A program made the translations under genes and the position numbers. A DNA stretch of 64,000 bases from Balanoglossus misakiensis (taxonomy: Eukaryota; Animalia; Hemichordata). Shown here one piece after another: positions 40,685-55,600 of this stretch (position 1 is the stretch's first letter; the number at the start of each line of letters is the position of its first letter). The notes beneath the pieces were generated by a model, which ran no database searches, had not been told where the DNA came from, and saw only the letters and a program-made list of their open reading frames with translations. The stretch spans positions 6,683,677-6,747,676 of the forward strand of contig CM082592.2 of NCBI GenBank assembly GCA_040954595.2, given 5' to 3'.

Positions 40685-43600
40685 CTATAGATAAGCAGCC
40701 CATCCGATGTACATTTGACACAAATTCCTCTCGTCAGTGGCTTCTTGAATCAAGTAATGAACATGGCCTTCAACAGAGAGAGGAAGTCCACGCGTTTTGT
40801 TTTTGTTCTTCAGTTTCCCTTGTAATCTGTGCTCTATGTCTTTGACGTGAGTCATGGCCTGGAAGAGGAAACAATCTGAGGATTATAGGTCTGCAGGACA
40901 TAAATTTAAGAATGGTTGAACCACATACAATCGAGGAAATGATCAAAGAAACACCTTAATGCTGTAGTGCAAAGCCTGGTCCAACACAAAGTCTTTCTTG
41001 GTAAAAGTTTCAGCGTAGTACAAATATATTATAAGGGACATATTCCAACAGAATTTATAATGTGCTGTCTGAACAGTACATACCTTTTCGTTGTTTATTT
41101 CCCCAGTCTCTGTCAAAACAGACGCCCTACTTCTTGTTGGTTTACTCCATTCAACCAACGGATCGTATATCAAGGTCTTCAATACGCTGTGCATAAACAA
41201 GAAAAAGGGAATAAAAATATTAAAAGTTGGCACCGGTACTGTTGTCCAAATCCACTCAAGTTTGTCTCAATATAGAACTTTGCTTCCTGCAAAAGTCGAC
41301 TTTTTGATTTTTGCAAAACTCCATGATTTATGCACTCACCTTATGAGAGGATCAGTCTGGTCCCTCATCACTTTCATGGTGACCTCACACGCTCTGCGGA
41401 ATATTCCCTCGTACACCATGGGACCCATGGCTTCCACCATGTTGTGGGTCATTCGGAACGGAACCCTCTCTGGCCAGTCAAAGGTCTCGCCCTGCCACAC
41501 AAAAATTAATATATCGTAAAATGACACTCTTGGAATGTGTATGCTACGGCAGAGTTGGTGATGGGCGTCTCCAGTGCCGAAATATTGACTCAAATGTTGG
41601 CAGAAGAAAACTTGAAGTTTACAGTTACACATATTCAGACCATCTAACCCTTACACCACCGTGGTTCAGTCCAAACCCATTTTTTATCTATGGTAATGTT
41701 GGACCTCTGAAGAGGCAACTGGGGGACAAAGGGGCTAAATGATGTTCACCTTGTTGAAGAGACAGTTGAAATCCACGTGCACCGTGTCACCGTTGGTGGA
41801 GTCCAGCAGGATGTTCTCGCCGTGTCTGTCGCCCAGTCCCAAGATGTATCCCACGATGCTCATCACGGCCGAGGTCCGGCCGTACGACAGCCGAGCCATG
41901 TACCAGGATGTCGGATCGGGGAAGGTCCTCAGAAACCACTCGTGAAACACCGGCGGAAATCTCGGCAGCAGCTTATTCTTGTAGATGTTCAGTTTAACCC
42001 TGATTAGGAGAAAAAAAAGTAGTTTCTAATACAACAGAACAAAACTGCAACAATGGTAAACTGTGGCAATATAATTGTTGTCAGCCTGTTAAAGCATGCT
42101 AGTGTGCTTTGTCTACATACAAGCACACAATATTCTGTTAATGTCTTTTTAATTAACTCAGAGGAAAATTGCAGGAACTTACTCTATCGATGCGCCAAGT
42201 GATGGAGTCATGCTTTTCAGTTCGGCACCAGACGTGTACATGTTTTTCTCTCTGTACAAAGCAAAACCACACAGATAATTAAAAAATATATAAAACATCA
42301 TATATACCCATCAAATACAGTGAATTTGGCATTTGTGTATTCCACAGATATTGAGAAAGAGTTTCTACGGTGTGTTGAAGAATTCCTCAGGACTTCAGCG
42401 GATGCGCGTTCAAATATATACGGTTTACTTTATAATCTCACCTGTAGATTCTGTGTAGAATGTGTCTGAGTCCTGCTGTGTTTGGAACCCATTCTAACAA
42501 CCCACACTCTTCATTGAGAGGAATGACAGCCTGGGAGAAAGAAGAATACATGAAATGTGATGGATCAAAGTTATAACTATGCAAGATGTCCAATACTAGT
42601 AAAACATGGATGGATTGCCACTTGTTGGTAAACTTAATACATGTACATGTATGTGGATAAACTCAGATGCACTAATACCATGGCTTAACTCACGAACCCT
42701 TACTAGTGCGACTTCACATAATGGATCAACATTTTACTTTTATGGACCAGTGTGTGTGGGGTCGGTGTATAGCTGGTCATCATACACCGGTATGCCTGAG
42801 ATGGATTGTATTTCCAATAAGAAATCCTAAAACTATCATGAGGTATTTTGTTTGCATAATCTTGATTTAATTACTAGACAGTTATACTTACATATGTTCT
42901 GATGTGGAGTTGTCTCCTCCTAGACTCTGCGTCTTTCTTCAGACATTTATTAATGATGGCGTTGAACTCCATCAGACGAGAATCCTTCCTCAAATCATCC
43001 TAGTCCAAAAAAATAAACAACAAGTTTACAGGGAGTGCATGGTTGTGACCTCAAATTGTTCTATAATCGTCATACATGCAGCTGATTCAACACAAAGAAA
43101 TGCATCACTGTAAGCATACTATGGCCTAATATCACCAGTTGATTAGCAAGACTTCCACAAGGAATACACAATAAGTCTCACCTTGGGTTTACACAACATC
43201 AGATAGAGTTTTCCATCAGTTCCTTTGATTCCTATCTTCTTGGGTTTTTGCAGCGATGGCAGCACATCAATCTATGAGTAAATTAAAGGTATACAATTAT
43301 ATGTACCTCTGATTTCAACCCAATTTAATCTCAAATGTTCTCGCGTTGGTCATATTCAGAGGTAATCTGAGTGATTCAGAAGTTTTTTTGCAAATTTACT
43401 CACTGTGTCATCGAACTCTCTGATGTACACTTCAGCTGTTGGGAATGGGTTATGGCTAGCGTGTATGCCAGGTGTACTTGGCAGTGTCACCGTCATGGCC
43501 GACTGTAGAGGCACTATGATTGGGCTGAAATTCCTGAAGAGAGAAAAAATGGAAAATAATTCATGGACCAAGTAAATTGTTATTGGCCATTTACATCGAT

Positions 43601-46600
43601 TTTATAGCTTCACCCTTTCTTTATACAACATTAGTGACTTTTCTATACAAGTTTGAGATTTAATTTGTTGCTACCGGTAATTTTTTTTCTTTACTAATCA
43701 CTTCTATAGGATGCTAAGGTTTTTACTTACTCGTCTTCCACCATTCGCTTGACAGATTTGAAATCTCTGCTCATCGACAGTTTATCACAGGAACTCTGCA
43801 CTGTGTGGTTGCACACATCGAGGAGTTTGTCCTGTAGCTTTGTGGCATCCTGTAACAGCCAATCAAACAGCCAGGAATAACAGCCAATCACACAACACTA
43901 AATGATTTATAACGTGTTCATTACTGAGTACACCACAAATTGTATTTTTCAATATTTCTCTCCTCAGAATTGACGAATGAATTAAATTAAAGATTATTCA
44001 GCAAATACATTCAGAGTGATGACAGTGTACATGTATATCTCACCTGAATAAATTTGTGAAGTTCCGAATTCATTTCCATGGCACGGCTGAAGATGTCTTG
44101 ACATCTCTTGGTTCTCATAGCATGTGTAGACTGCAATGGGAGAAAAATTGATAAATCACTGATCCTGCAATTTTTTCTCATTAATCATTCACTATGAAAT
44201 GAATTTACACACAGATAAACAATAAACTTGGACCAAATAATTTTGGGCGTTAAGGGTTTAAGTACCTTTGATACAGCCATCATCATCCATACTGCTTGTT
44301 GTGGAAACACTACCAGTAACTTGGCTATGATTTCCTGTAGTGTAAAAGAACAAATTCAATATAGTGATCAGAAAAATTGTTCAAATTGTTCACGTACAGT
44401 AGTAAAACATATTTTTGAATGCATAAAAAAGGAAAATGATTTTCTTACCCGGAGTTGCTGGAAGACAGACACATGGGAATGACAGATCCTGGATATCAAC
44501 TGGGAGAAGGCCGTTAAGTACTGGTAAGGAGCCAACTTATCACACTGCTCAGCTATCATCTGCAATTGGTAAGTGAAACTGGTAAGTGGAAGTGGCAGGG
44601 AAGCTAGCATATTATGATTCTACTAGAATTTTGAATCAGGGTCTGATTTGTTTCTTTGCTCTGCCCGGTCCTGCACTAAAATTGCATCAAGTGACGACAT
44701 ACCTTATTCAGATGCATCAGGACTGTTTTGTTGGAGACGATCTTGTCACCTCGTCTGCCCTTCTCCTGCTCCGAGACTTTGGCACCAAAGTCCAACCACA
44801 GCGTCAGTAGTCTCGGCATGGACTGGTAGATGTACTGGTTGCCGTACTGCAGCGAGTGTCCAAAGTGCTTCACGACATACAGCACAATTTCTCTGCGAAT
44901 CGGAATGACGGAGGACAAAGGTCATGGTGACTTGCTACACTTCCTTCCCCATACATGTACATTTATTCACATGTGGTGGCGTATGCTATAAGTACACTGT
45001 ATAAATAACTTTTTTTGACTAAGTAGGGTCATATCACATAGATTGAAGTTGTGGGTGCTCTGTGACTTCTGACCCTCGCTTTCTCAGGTCTATCAGCAAA
45101 TTCCTCAAGTTACAAAAACTCTCTCCATTTCAAAGATTCACCACTCACCCTTGTTTTTCTGGTCTATCAGCGACCGTCGACATGATTCTGTCATAGTATT
45201 TGGCCAGATAGAAGTGGCCATCCTCCCATTCTTTGTGTATGCTAATCACTTCCTTGTACTGTCTCATCACAGCGTTGCTCTCCGACTTGGCCGTGGCTTC
45301 CATGAAGCGACCTATCAGTAGTAATGCCTGTCACGAAAAGAAGAAAATTTGAACAAATTAATCAGAATTAATTTTTGCCTTGCTACATAATTCACATCAA
45401 ACAAGGCAATATATACCTTTGCATGGATCAGTCGTTCAGCACAGGCGGCCTCTGATGCATCGTTGGCTAGACGTGTCTTAGTTTCCTCGGGGAAGTAATC
45501 TTCAACTCCCTTCTGTAGGGATATCAATGCCTGGTGCAAATCACCCTAAATGAAGATATGGAAAGCATATGTTAACATCGTAAGCAGTGACATCAAGCAT
45601 GGGTCTTGTAACTAGGAAATTCCTCTGAGAAAAATGACAAATGTCAAAGAGTAGACTAGATAGGCGTAGTAACACAACACTGACCTTAGACCAGAGCCAT
45701 TTAGCCTTTTCTAAGCAGAACTCTGGCATAGAGTAGTCGCTGGCATTCAGCAAAGAACTATACGCTGTCTGTATATGACCAGCCCTGAGAAAATCATGAT
45801 GAATTATGGTGTTAGAGGACCCAATAATAAGAGACAACAGATTTTTCGAGCAACACACGGGGAAGAGACATACATGTAACATACCACACTGGAGGATATG
45901 CTGCACAATTATTTATCTCTTTGAAATTTAGAATCCTCTTTTTTAAGACATGCACACAAACCTCTCAGAAACGCCATATCTGGTTGTTGGACAAATCTTG
46001 TTAAAGACAGACGTTAATAACACTGAACACTGGCTTACTTTCTTGCAACTCTGGCGCTCTGTAACCAACACTGTCCAATCTCTTTGTTTTGACCAGGTGA
46101 ATCAGCGCTGTGGACCAACAATAATTACATGTTAAGACAAAGCACACCTGAACAGCTCAACACTGATCGAGGTCACATAAATGAAAATTCTCTGAAGTAG
46201 GGATAAGTTCACCATCAGAGTTAAAAATTACTCTACATACCGTTGACTAGGAATTTTATGTAATGCCACATGTAATCCAGCTATTCTCTGCTACGAGCCA
46301 AAATATAAATATTCAGCTCATTTTTGGCAATGACTTACTTTTCTGCTAACTGGAGAGTGATGCGTCGCAGACTGAGGATGGGTTCTTGTGTGTGGAATGA
46401 TGATTCTGTGATGTCAAGCCTAGCCTGCCAGGTCTGTAGCAGTTGTTGCCTGCTATCGACTGGATAATCCCCAGCATCGCTGTTCAGGCCAACCAAACAC
46501 TTCATTCCTCTTTCAATCTCATTCAACATGTGTAACCTGAAAATGTTGACATATAAGATGTGTAGAAAATAGCTTAAAAAAAAAAATCTTCAAATTATAA

Positions 46601-49600
46601 CTTAATATGTCTGCTATTTCAGCTTTATCTTTCCCTCAACACTGGCAAACCAACTCCTCTACCATTCAGCGGTAACCAAAGGAGATCAGTCAGAAGATTC
46701 GGTCACATGATTCTAGCAGAACCAATCTGGCTGCTGCCATAGAGTGATGACATCATCACCAAAACTCATGACTGACACCTCACGTACCTTACAATGTACT
46801 CATAACCTCTTTGATAGGAGCCGTTCTCCATACTGGCAGCCGACAACGGTCCCATCTGTTCACCCCTGACTATCCTCAACTGTCGCTTGAACTCCTCCTC
46901 GTCTTTCTTCTTGGCAGCCAGCAAGATGTTGCCCAGTCCAATGTTCCAGTTGCCTGTGGTGGTCTCCAGTTTGACGTAATTCTCCAGCGAGTCCCACTGC
47001 CCCAGTTTCCAGGTGGCTTCTACCCTGTAAGTGCTCAGGTCCGGTGTCCACTCTGGTCTGCAGTTACAAAATACAAAACCATGCTTAGTTCCTTCAATTT
47101 ATTTCACAATGTATGCTTATAAAATAAGCTTATGATATGTTTACAATGTATGCTTATATAACAAAAAGTAGTATTTATGAAATTTTTACACAAATAAACT
47201 TTCAGTGAAATTGTATTCTTCACTGGTAATGCACATTCCTCTCTTGACTTTTTTGACAAACTTTTTATTTTTGCAAGAAATATCGCACATTGGAAAATAT
47301 TACTGTAATCATGCAGACGTCACATACATGTACGCTGTGCACTGATATTCGTGTGAAAAAAATTCTTGAATTATATCAAAGTAACCATTTTTTGTCACAA
47401 CTGACCTTTCTGCAATAACCCCATTGACAAGCACCAGTGCTGTGCTCAGTTGTCCCAGGTTCATCAGAGATTTCAACAATCCTTGGTGAAGAGATACATC
47501 ATTGGACTCCAACTGGATGGCCCTCTCATAGCAAGCAGAGGCATCGCGTAACTGGCCTGAGTTTAAAGAAAAGCAGATGGTATGAACTGTACACAATTTG
47601 GTTGGTCAGATAACTGAAACTTTTGAAGATTTCTTGATGAATTTTTTTTTCGAGATCAATACAGTAGCTTTACCTTTTGATAATAATTTTTAGTATTTTT
47701 TATTCTGTGCTACAACCTGCTTAGATGCCAAGTATTCAACTTATCAACAGAGTACATATCAATATACTTGTTGACATTTGAATTACTGAGTTGGTTGATT
47801 GTAGTTTCCAACTTACCAATGCTTTCATGTTCCAGTATTTGTTCATGTAACGTTGGGTTCTCTTGTCTGATTGCAGAGACGCCTGCAACACCATCAGGTT
47901 CAGCCATCACTACATACAATTTCTGTGAAAGAGAGTTCAACCATGATAAATTTTTCCTTGTACGTGTTTTTTTTCAGTGGCACGAAAGCACCAGCACTGT
48001 CATCTGTAGCCAAACATTATCGGCAGATCTATCTGGTCTTGTCAACACCAGGTGAAATCAACAAAATTATTAACAACCAGCACTTTTTGAACAAAGTAAA
48101 ATTGACAGATAATACATACCTGCATGAATCCCAAGTGTTGCTGTATGTCTTGCCTCTTGCTGGTGATAAATGCCTCGAAGTGCATCAGCGATCTGGTGTA
48201 AGCCTTGCAGTTGAATGAAGCCTTGGCTAGAACATCTTGAGGAATCTTCTCCAAGAATCCCCTCATCTTCTTGTATTCTGGATCATCTACCGGTACAGTG
48301 ACAAACAAAATTATCATATTCCGTTGTCTGAGTACTGTTTTCCAAATTTAATTGCAATGTGTATACATAATAACTGACATCATGGAGTGTTTTTGTTTAT
48401 TAGGATTCATAAATATCTTCACATCATGAATTAACTACTTATTTTTTAGCAATGTTGCAGTTTTAGTATAATATTGTATACAATTCTTTAGAAATGTTTA
48501 AAAAATCTATAAAATGCAATTGAATGCCATAGAACATTTGCAGAATTTCTATAGATAGAGTTTCTATTGAATTCTATAGAAATACTGTTGAACTCTACAG
48601 AACATTTTTCGTAAAGGACTGAATTTCACTCACCATTGTTTTCGTGGTGACCTGGTTTCTTCTTGATTCTGCTGGAGGCAAGGGTGTGTAGTTTGTGCCT
48701 GCTCCATTTGGTCAGGTGATCCAGGATGGAGAAGACAGTCTGCGCACTCATGTGACAGAAATCGCCCTCTTGTTGCTCATCTAACTTCTCTGCGTGGGTC
48801 AGAACTGCCAGGATTTCGTTGCAAATCTGAAAGAATGCATTAAAGGAAAATGTTATCTTGCTAGTGCAAGTCCCTTTAAAACTTTGTGAAGCACTCATTT
48901 TGCAAGAAACCCCAGCCTGTTGATAGTCATGTACAGTAGATTAAATAAGCAAGTTACTACAGACGGATAACAAACACACAGAATTACACTTGATACCGAA
49001 GTCACTCCTGTGATCAAACACTGTCACTCACCTCCATGTTTTCCTCATCAGAGCCATCTAACAGAGTGTAGACGACAATGTGTGGTAGTAACAGCAGTGC
49101 AGTCTGGGTATCATGTTTGATGATGTTGCTGCAGGCTCTAAACACCATGGATGCTTTCTCATGTTTTATCTGCAAGCAAAGCACACACAGGCAAAATTTT
49201 ACGCCAACCCTGCAGTCAATTTTGCATTTTGAACCTGTAATTTCAAGAACTTGTACAAAAAACAGTAAGTGGCACAGAAGATGTTGTGAAACTCAATGAC
49301 ATTATACATAAGAAACATATTGAATAATATAGATATTTCTCATAACCTAAAGCGACTGGATTCACAGAATGGTAAGAATGACAGCCGGAAATTTGAAATG
49401 ATTTGCTTTGATCTGCATCTGTTGTGTACACACACTTGACTGTAACATACATTTAATTTTCTCGGCAATCTCTGCAACTGCACAGTTTTTCAAGAAATCC
49501 TGCAAAACTCGTTTTTTTGAAAACATTTGAGTCCAGCTGTCTCACCTTTGTCAAGAGATATCCTGTCCAGGTACAGACCCAATCTTTGAAAGTTTTACCC

Positions 49601-52600
49601 TTCTTGCTTCTGTACACAGGCTTGGCCAGGGAAGACCAGTTGGGCATTGCTGCTGGCACATATCTGCAAAACAGATTAGAAATTTACCCACAATTTATTT
49701 CTGGAATGACTTGTTGTGTGTGTCTTTGTATATGATATGTACATGTAATTTAAACACAACAAGCAACAATATTGGTATGTGGTTTATATGACCTAATTTA
49801 GTGCATTACATGCATACACATGCATACCGACTATAAATGGTCACAGTACATGTAATAAACCATGGTGCTTTATTCACTCTGGTATGTTAATTATGCTGAC
49901 AAGTGGCCAGACATGAAAAACAATAAAAGATCACCTGACACCCATATATTTAAAGGCCAAACTAACCAAATTCTCTGTTTTGTGTCTAAATTTGCACAGA
50001 GATGATCTGGAAAAATTCAGTCAAATCTCCTTCCTTGACAAGGCTTTGTTACAAAAACTGGCTACTATCACTTTCTGACTGACCTTTTTGTATTCTTTTC
50101 TTATATTCCACAGAACTTATAAATTTTACAATGAGGCTTTCATGACTTCCTTCTGAGTGGGCGCTAAACAAAAAAAATATTCACCTAGGCCAGGTGGTAT
50201 GACTTTGCTAAGATGTTGTTTCTTTGCCCAGTTTGTCTTTGTTCTTGTTTCACACACGGTGTGCACTTCTCTCAGAAGCAGGAACCAGCAACAAACAGTG
50301 TCTTTTCCAGGCAACCAAAACAACAAGCCACAACCGACAGTAAGTAAGAAATTTTTCTCATGGTTAAGTCAGTTGTGTCTATTAGTTATTAGTCATGCTC
50401 TGTTTTTTTTATATTTTGATACGTTATTCGTAAAACAAAGAGGAGAAAAGAAGGGGAAAAAAAGAGAAAATGAGTACCGCCGTACTTATCTCTGTGCAAT
50501 AGTCTTGTTTCTACAGGGCCAAATCTCTTGGATCTTTACATGTATTCACAGCCAATAAAGTACATGTAACACACTTTAGAGTCTCTTCAGTATCTCCTGA
50601 CAGTGAACAGATTCGTGAATTCACCAATTTCCATTTGTAGAGTTTATTATTTGTCGTTAGAAAATTACGAAGAATTTTAAGTTAGAAAGCACAAATGCCT
50701 GGTGGTGAAATCAATGTTATCAGGAAGGAGGGAGTGGCTGGGATGGTAGTACCAGGTACCATTGCTAGACTGCGCATGTGTCAAGAGTATTATACAATGT
50801 ACTTGAGAAACAATTTATGGCTTGAAGCAACAATACTAGTATTAAAGTTAATATGAAGCCATTTCGCTTTCTGCAGAAAAAAATTAGTGGTTCAGCATAT
50901 TAAAAACTTCATGGCTTGAGTCTAAATTGAAGGGGGTATGTGCTATTCCCACAAATACAGTCAAACCTGTGTATAGTGGCCAGTCAAGGGACCTTCATAA
51001 ACTGGTCTTTATAGACAGGTGGTCTTTATAGACAGGTCAATTAATGCACATGTAAGTTGCACAGGGACTGTAACATAGTGGCCACTATATAGAGGTGGTC
51101 ACTATATAGAGGTGGTCACTAACACAGGTTTGACTGTATGCTGTTATTCTTTGCATTAATTTCTTTCACTCAACAAACATCTTTACATGCATGTAACAAT
51201 GTGTATTGAGTGAAATAAATACAAGATAAACAACATGTAAAACTGGCTTTTGCAGTAGAAAATCAGATGTAGGGTATGTCGAGTCTTTTACTAGCATTGC
51301 GCAGTGCAAGTGAAAGACGTCACCGTACCCTACATCTGATTTTCATCAGATTGTAAATTACCCTACATGCAGCTTGCTTCTTACTTAGCAACAGGAAAAC
51401 AAAGCGAAGCTTAGTTACACTGACAGTTGTTATTTTCTTCAAACTTACGACATGCAGTCACATGTACATGTAGGTTGTTATCAAGGAATTTCTATAGCAT
51501 TCTTCAGACTCAGAGTACTCTACCAAGCTCTTATCTTTGTTTTCCTTTGAGAGGTATAAAGTACAAACTAACTGTATGTGACAGAACAGCTCAAAAAACA
51601 TCCTGGTATGACTTTGCACTTTTCTGTGTGCATTTAACTTGCTTCCTGGTACAAACTTCCTAAAACTTTACCTACTGGTATGTTCCCTAAAAGAATTAAA
51701 CTGAGTTTACTTACTGGTAAACTCCTGGGGCAGATGAGGACTAATTTACTCTCAGATATTTTTTTGTTCTATTATGGTCATATTTTGAAATAATTACTCA
51801 CTGATAATTTTTTTAATGGGCACGGACATTGGAGTGGGAAAGGGGCTTAAACTAAGTATCATGCGCAAATTTGCATGAAGTTTTTGTACAACATTCTGGC
51901 ACACAGATTCTAACACAAGAATCCACAGATATTGCTACATACTAGAATTAAAGGAAACATCTTAACTAATTCTTTCACTACAGCTGGGATCAGTACAATT
52001 AATTTAGTTAACTTCAATTTTCTACAGGTTTGGTAAAAATATAGAGTCCACTATTATGGCAACTGTCTCGTCAACACTAGAAAGACACAATAACAATCCT
52101 GCAAGAATTTTAGCAGGATTTGTAATTCCCACTGTTTATCCAATGGCATTCATCAAAATATTTACCAGTCTGATAATTATAACAATGAGTGTATAACTGC
52201 CTAATACTACAACAAACATATATTTTTAACTTGGGCATGACAGTCGATCAGTCCTTGACAGATCACACCATCTGACACTTGTGGGTCCATTTTGACCTCT
52301 TCATTATTTCAGAAATCTTTGCAAAATAAATGGTGTAATTGAACAGCACTACTTTTTGTGTGTGAAAAGGAAGAAGAAGAAAAAATCAGCAACCATACTG
52401 GTGAGGCATCAACATGGGACAGTGTTGCTCTAAGGTAAATCATATCATTTATATCTTGTTGACATTTTGGGCCAGCATTCTGAATGAAAATGGCGTAAAC
52501 ATGTGCAAGCAGCTTCCAACTGCATCTGACAACAGACAAACCATTGCTACAGCCAGCACTATCATTGTTGCAGAAATACCCATTAAAAGTGTATTATTTT

Positions 52601-55600
52601 TCCAGGGTGTAAGCAACCACAAACCGAGTCCAGAAATGCCATCTGGGTATTTCCCTGAAACAAGTCAGGAACAATGTGATGACTTAGTTAACTTTTTTAG
52701 CAGCAGAATAGCAGATAATATAGGACAAGGTATGTAATTTTGCTCCTTTGGCTGTAATTTTTGGCTATATTTCTGTATCAAGTGCACTTTTTTGGAATCC
52801 CTGAAACACAGTGAAATGCAAGATATGAAGGTCCACTACCAGTATATTTTCACAGTTTGTTTTAATGTTTTTTTCTGTGAATGTGTACAATGTATGCCCA
52901 GGTCTTCATTTTTTTTTCTAAACATAGGCTATATGTGCATGTACAGTTGACATCAAGTCCAAACTTAAATGCATTGGTCAACAATACCAGTGATCAGTAA
53001 ACAAACATTGACAGTTAGAGTTAGACCTCTAAAAAAAAGGCATACATTCAAGTATTATCCTGTAAGTCCCCACTTCTGCAAACCAGCATATACATACAGT
53101 GAATGATGGTAAAAAAATACTGCACTGAACTTTATGGTCATGTATGTAAATTATAATTGCAGAAGAATTTGATAAGTTGAAACGCTTGTGCAGCTATCCG
53201 TCAGCAATAGGAATCCCGAAGAGAGAAATGGAAAATATAAAACATCCCACAGACTTATTTCTGAAGCTATATGAGATGAAACTTATCAGTAAAAATTCTA
53301 CAAAGCTACTAGCAGACCTACTCCGTAAAATTCAGAGAATTGATCTGGTTGAACTGCTCAATAGCTATCAGCCCAGCATTTCAGGTAAGCAAATATCTCA
53401 TTCTTATCACTGTAGGATTATTACTCAGAACAGTTACAACCATGACTTCTCTGTCAATTTGCGACAATATTTATGAATAACCTTCACATCTCTTACAAAA
53501 ATAACCTATCAGTAATCTAAAGAAAATTCGATAGACCAGCCTATAGGTTACTATAGGTTTTAATAGTCAATTAAAATGCTTTTTATAGGATTCTATAAGT
53601 GAACCTATAAATTTTTATAAAATAGGACCTATAAATGATTTTACCTATAGCTACCTATAGGTACCTATATAATATTTTTGAAAGGGCAAGAAATTAAAGA
53701 TAAAAACATTTTTATTCTACCAAAGTATTAAAAGTAATGTGTTTGGAATTTTCACCATTAGCTCGTTATAATCTTTGCTTTCTTTGATATGTTGTCAATA
53801 CAAACTATCCTCCTTTTAAAACTTTACTATGGTTTGTAATTCATGTGTTTATCACATTCTTCATATCAATTTATCATGTGCACATATATGCATACATGGA
53901 TACTAATCAGGTCTATAGACTTCCGCTGCTATGAATAAGTTGAATGAGAATTTATTCTGGAAGCTGACCATGTGATATTAATTAAAAGCCAGCTACAATT
54001 ACTGGGGAATGGGTTCCCCAGAATAAAGATATTGCAGAATTAAATTTCTGCTAACATAATATTTACAGACTGAATAAGGCTACAAAATGTTGCCTGATGT
54101 GTCCATTTACATGTATAGTTCATATTCTGCATTATGATTTCAGAAAGTACTGGTATGGAGGGGTTGATAGGATTCCTACAAGATAAGTATACAACACATT
54201 TTAAAGACTTCAGACCAATTCCTTGGAATGAAAGAGTGTCTTTAAGTCTTACTGAGTTCTACACAAGGCTGAGAGTCCACAAAACTGATAGAAGACAACC
54301 ACTTAAAGAAGGTGATATCCTTAAAAGAGAGCATGACATTTTCAAGCAGACAGACAGAGAATTTATTAGCAGACGAATCTTGATTGAAGGTTCTCCTGCA
54401 ATGGGGAAATCAACATTCTGCAGGAAGCTCGCATATGACTGGGCACAAGGCAAGCTACCGCAGTTCAAACTTCTGTTTTTCTTAGAAATGAGACACATTT
54501 GTGACAAAAAAAGATTAGTTGACATCATTTTTCAACAATTACTACCTGATGATGCAGAAATCACAAAGGAGGTTCTTTATAATTATATTCATCACAACCA
54601 AAATTCAGTGTTGTTTTTATTGGATGGGCTAGATGAAATTGCATTCTCACTTGAACAGAATTCTGATATACTTCGCATCATCTCAGGGAAAATTTTGCCC
54701 AAGTGTACAGTAGTCTTTACAACACGACCACACGCATGTGACGAAGTTCTTGGAACACATCATGCACACTTCAAAATTAAAGGCTTTACAACAAAAGACG
54801 CTATTGTGTACATACACAAGTATTTTAGCCATGATGTGAACGAAGCTAAAGGACTTATTTCACAGTTAAATTTACACTTTGTTAGAGGGCAAATGCCTCA
54901 CTCTTACTGGCTGATTAAGAATACTGAAAATGCAGGTGCCCGTGTATTGTATGATTTGCTGTGTAATCCACTACATGTAGCATTTGTGTGTCTGCTATGG
55001 GAAGAGAGGCAAATTATCCCCCAAAACAGTGTGACAGAAATTTACACCACCATGTTAGAGTGTGTTTTGAAGAGATATTGTTGTAAGATGGGTAGGGAAC
55101 TAATTAATGAAGAAATACCACATGATTTGAATGATGAAGTGATTGAATTGGCTCATACTGCATATGAAGCTTATTCACAAACGAACATGATGATAGATGA
55201 AAAATCTGTAAATCCAACAATGCTGTCATTGGGTTTGTTAGTGAAAGATACAGGAATTTCAAGAATCAAGGTGCAGACCAACTGCTTTTTCTACCACAAA
55301 ACGTGGTTGGATTATTTCACAGCACTACACATCAGCAGTATTGTTGATAGTGCTGATATAAAGTCTACCTTTGAAAGTGTTCTAAGAGAAGAACAAGTCT
55401 GTTTGTTTATAGCAGGAATATTAAAAGACAAAACTGAGCCTTTGCTGAATGTTTTAGTTGAAAAGATGCAAAGTAGGTACAATCAGTATGATTTTGACAT
55501 AACTAGGGAATTTATACACACTTGTAAGTGTTTATCTGAAGCAAACATCAACATTAGGTACCTGGCACCATTTATGCCAAATCATTTGCTGCTATCTGCT

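Noticed and set aside
53490-53690. CTATAG-rich segment with loose inverted ends (similar tract at ~48480-48620)
   Set aside because: Probably a decayed MITE, but termini and TSD could not be defined well enough to call.
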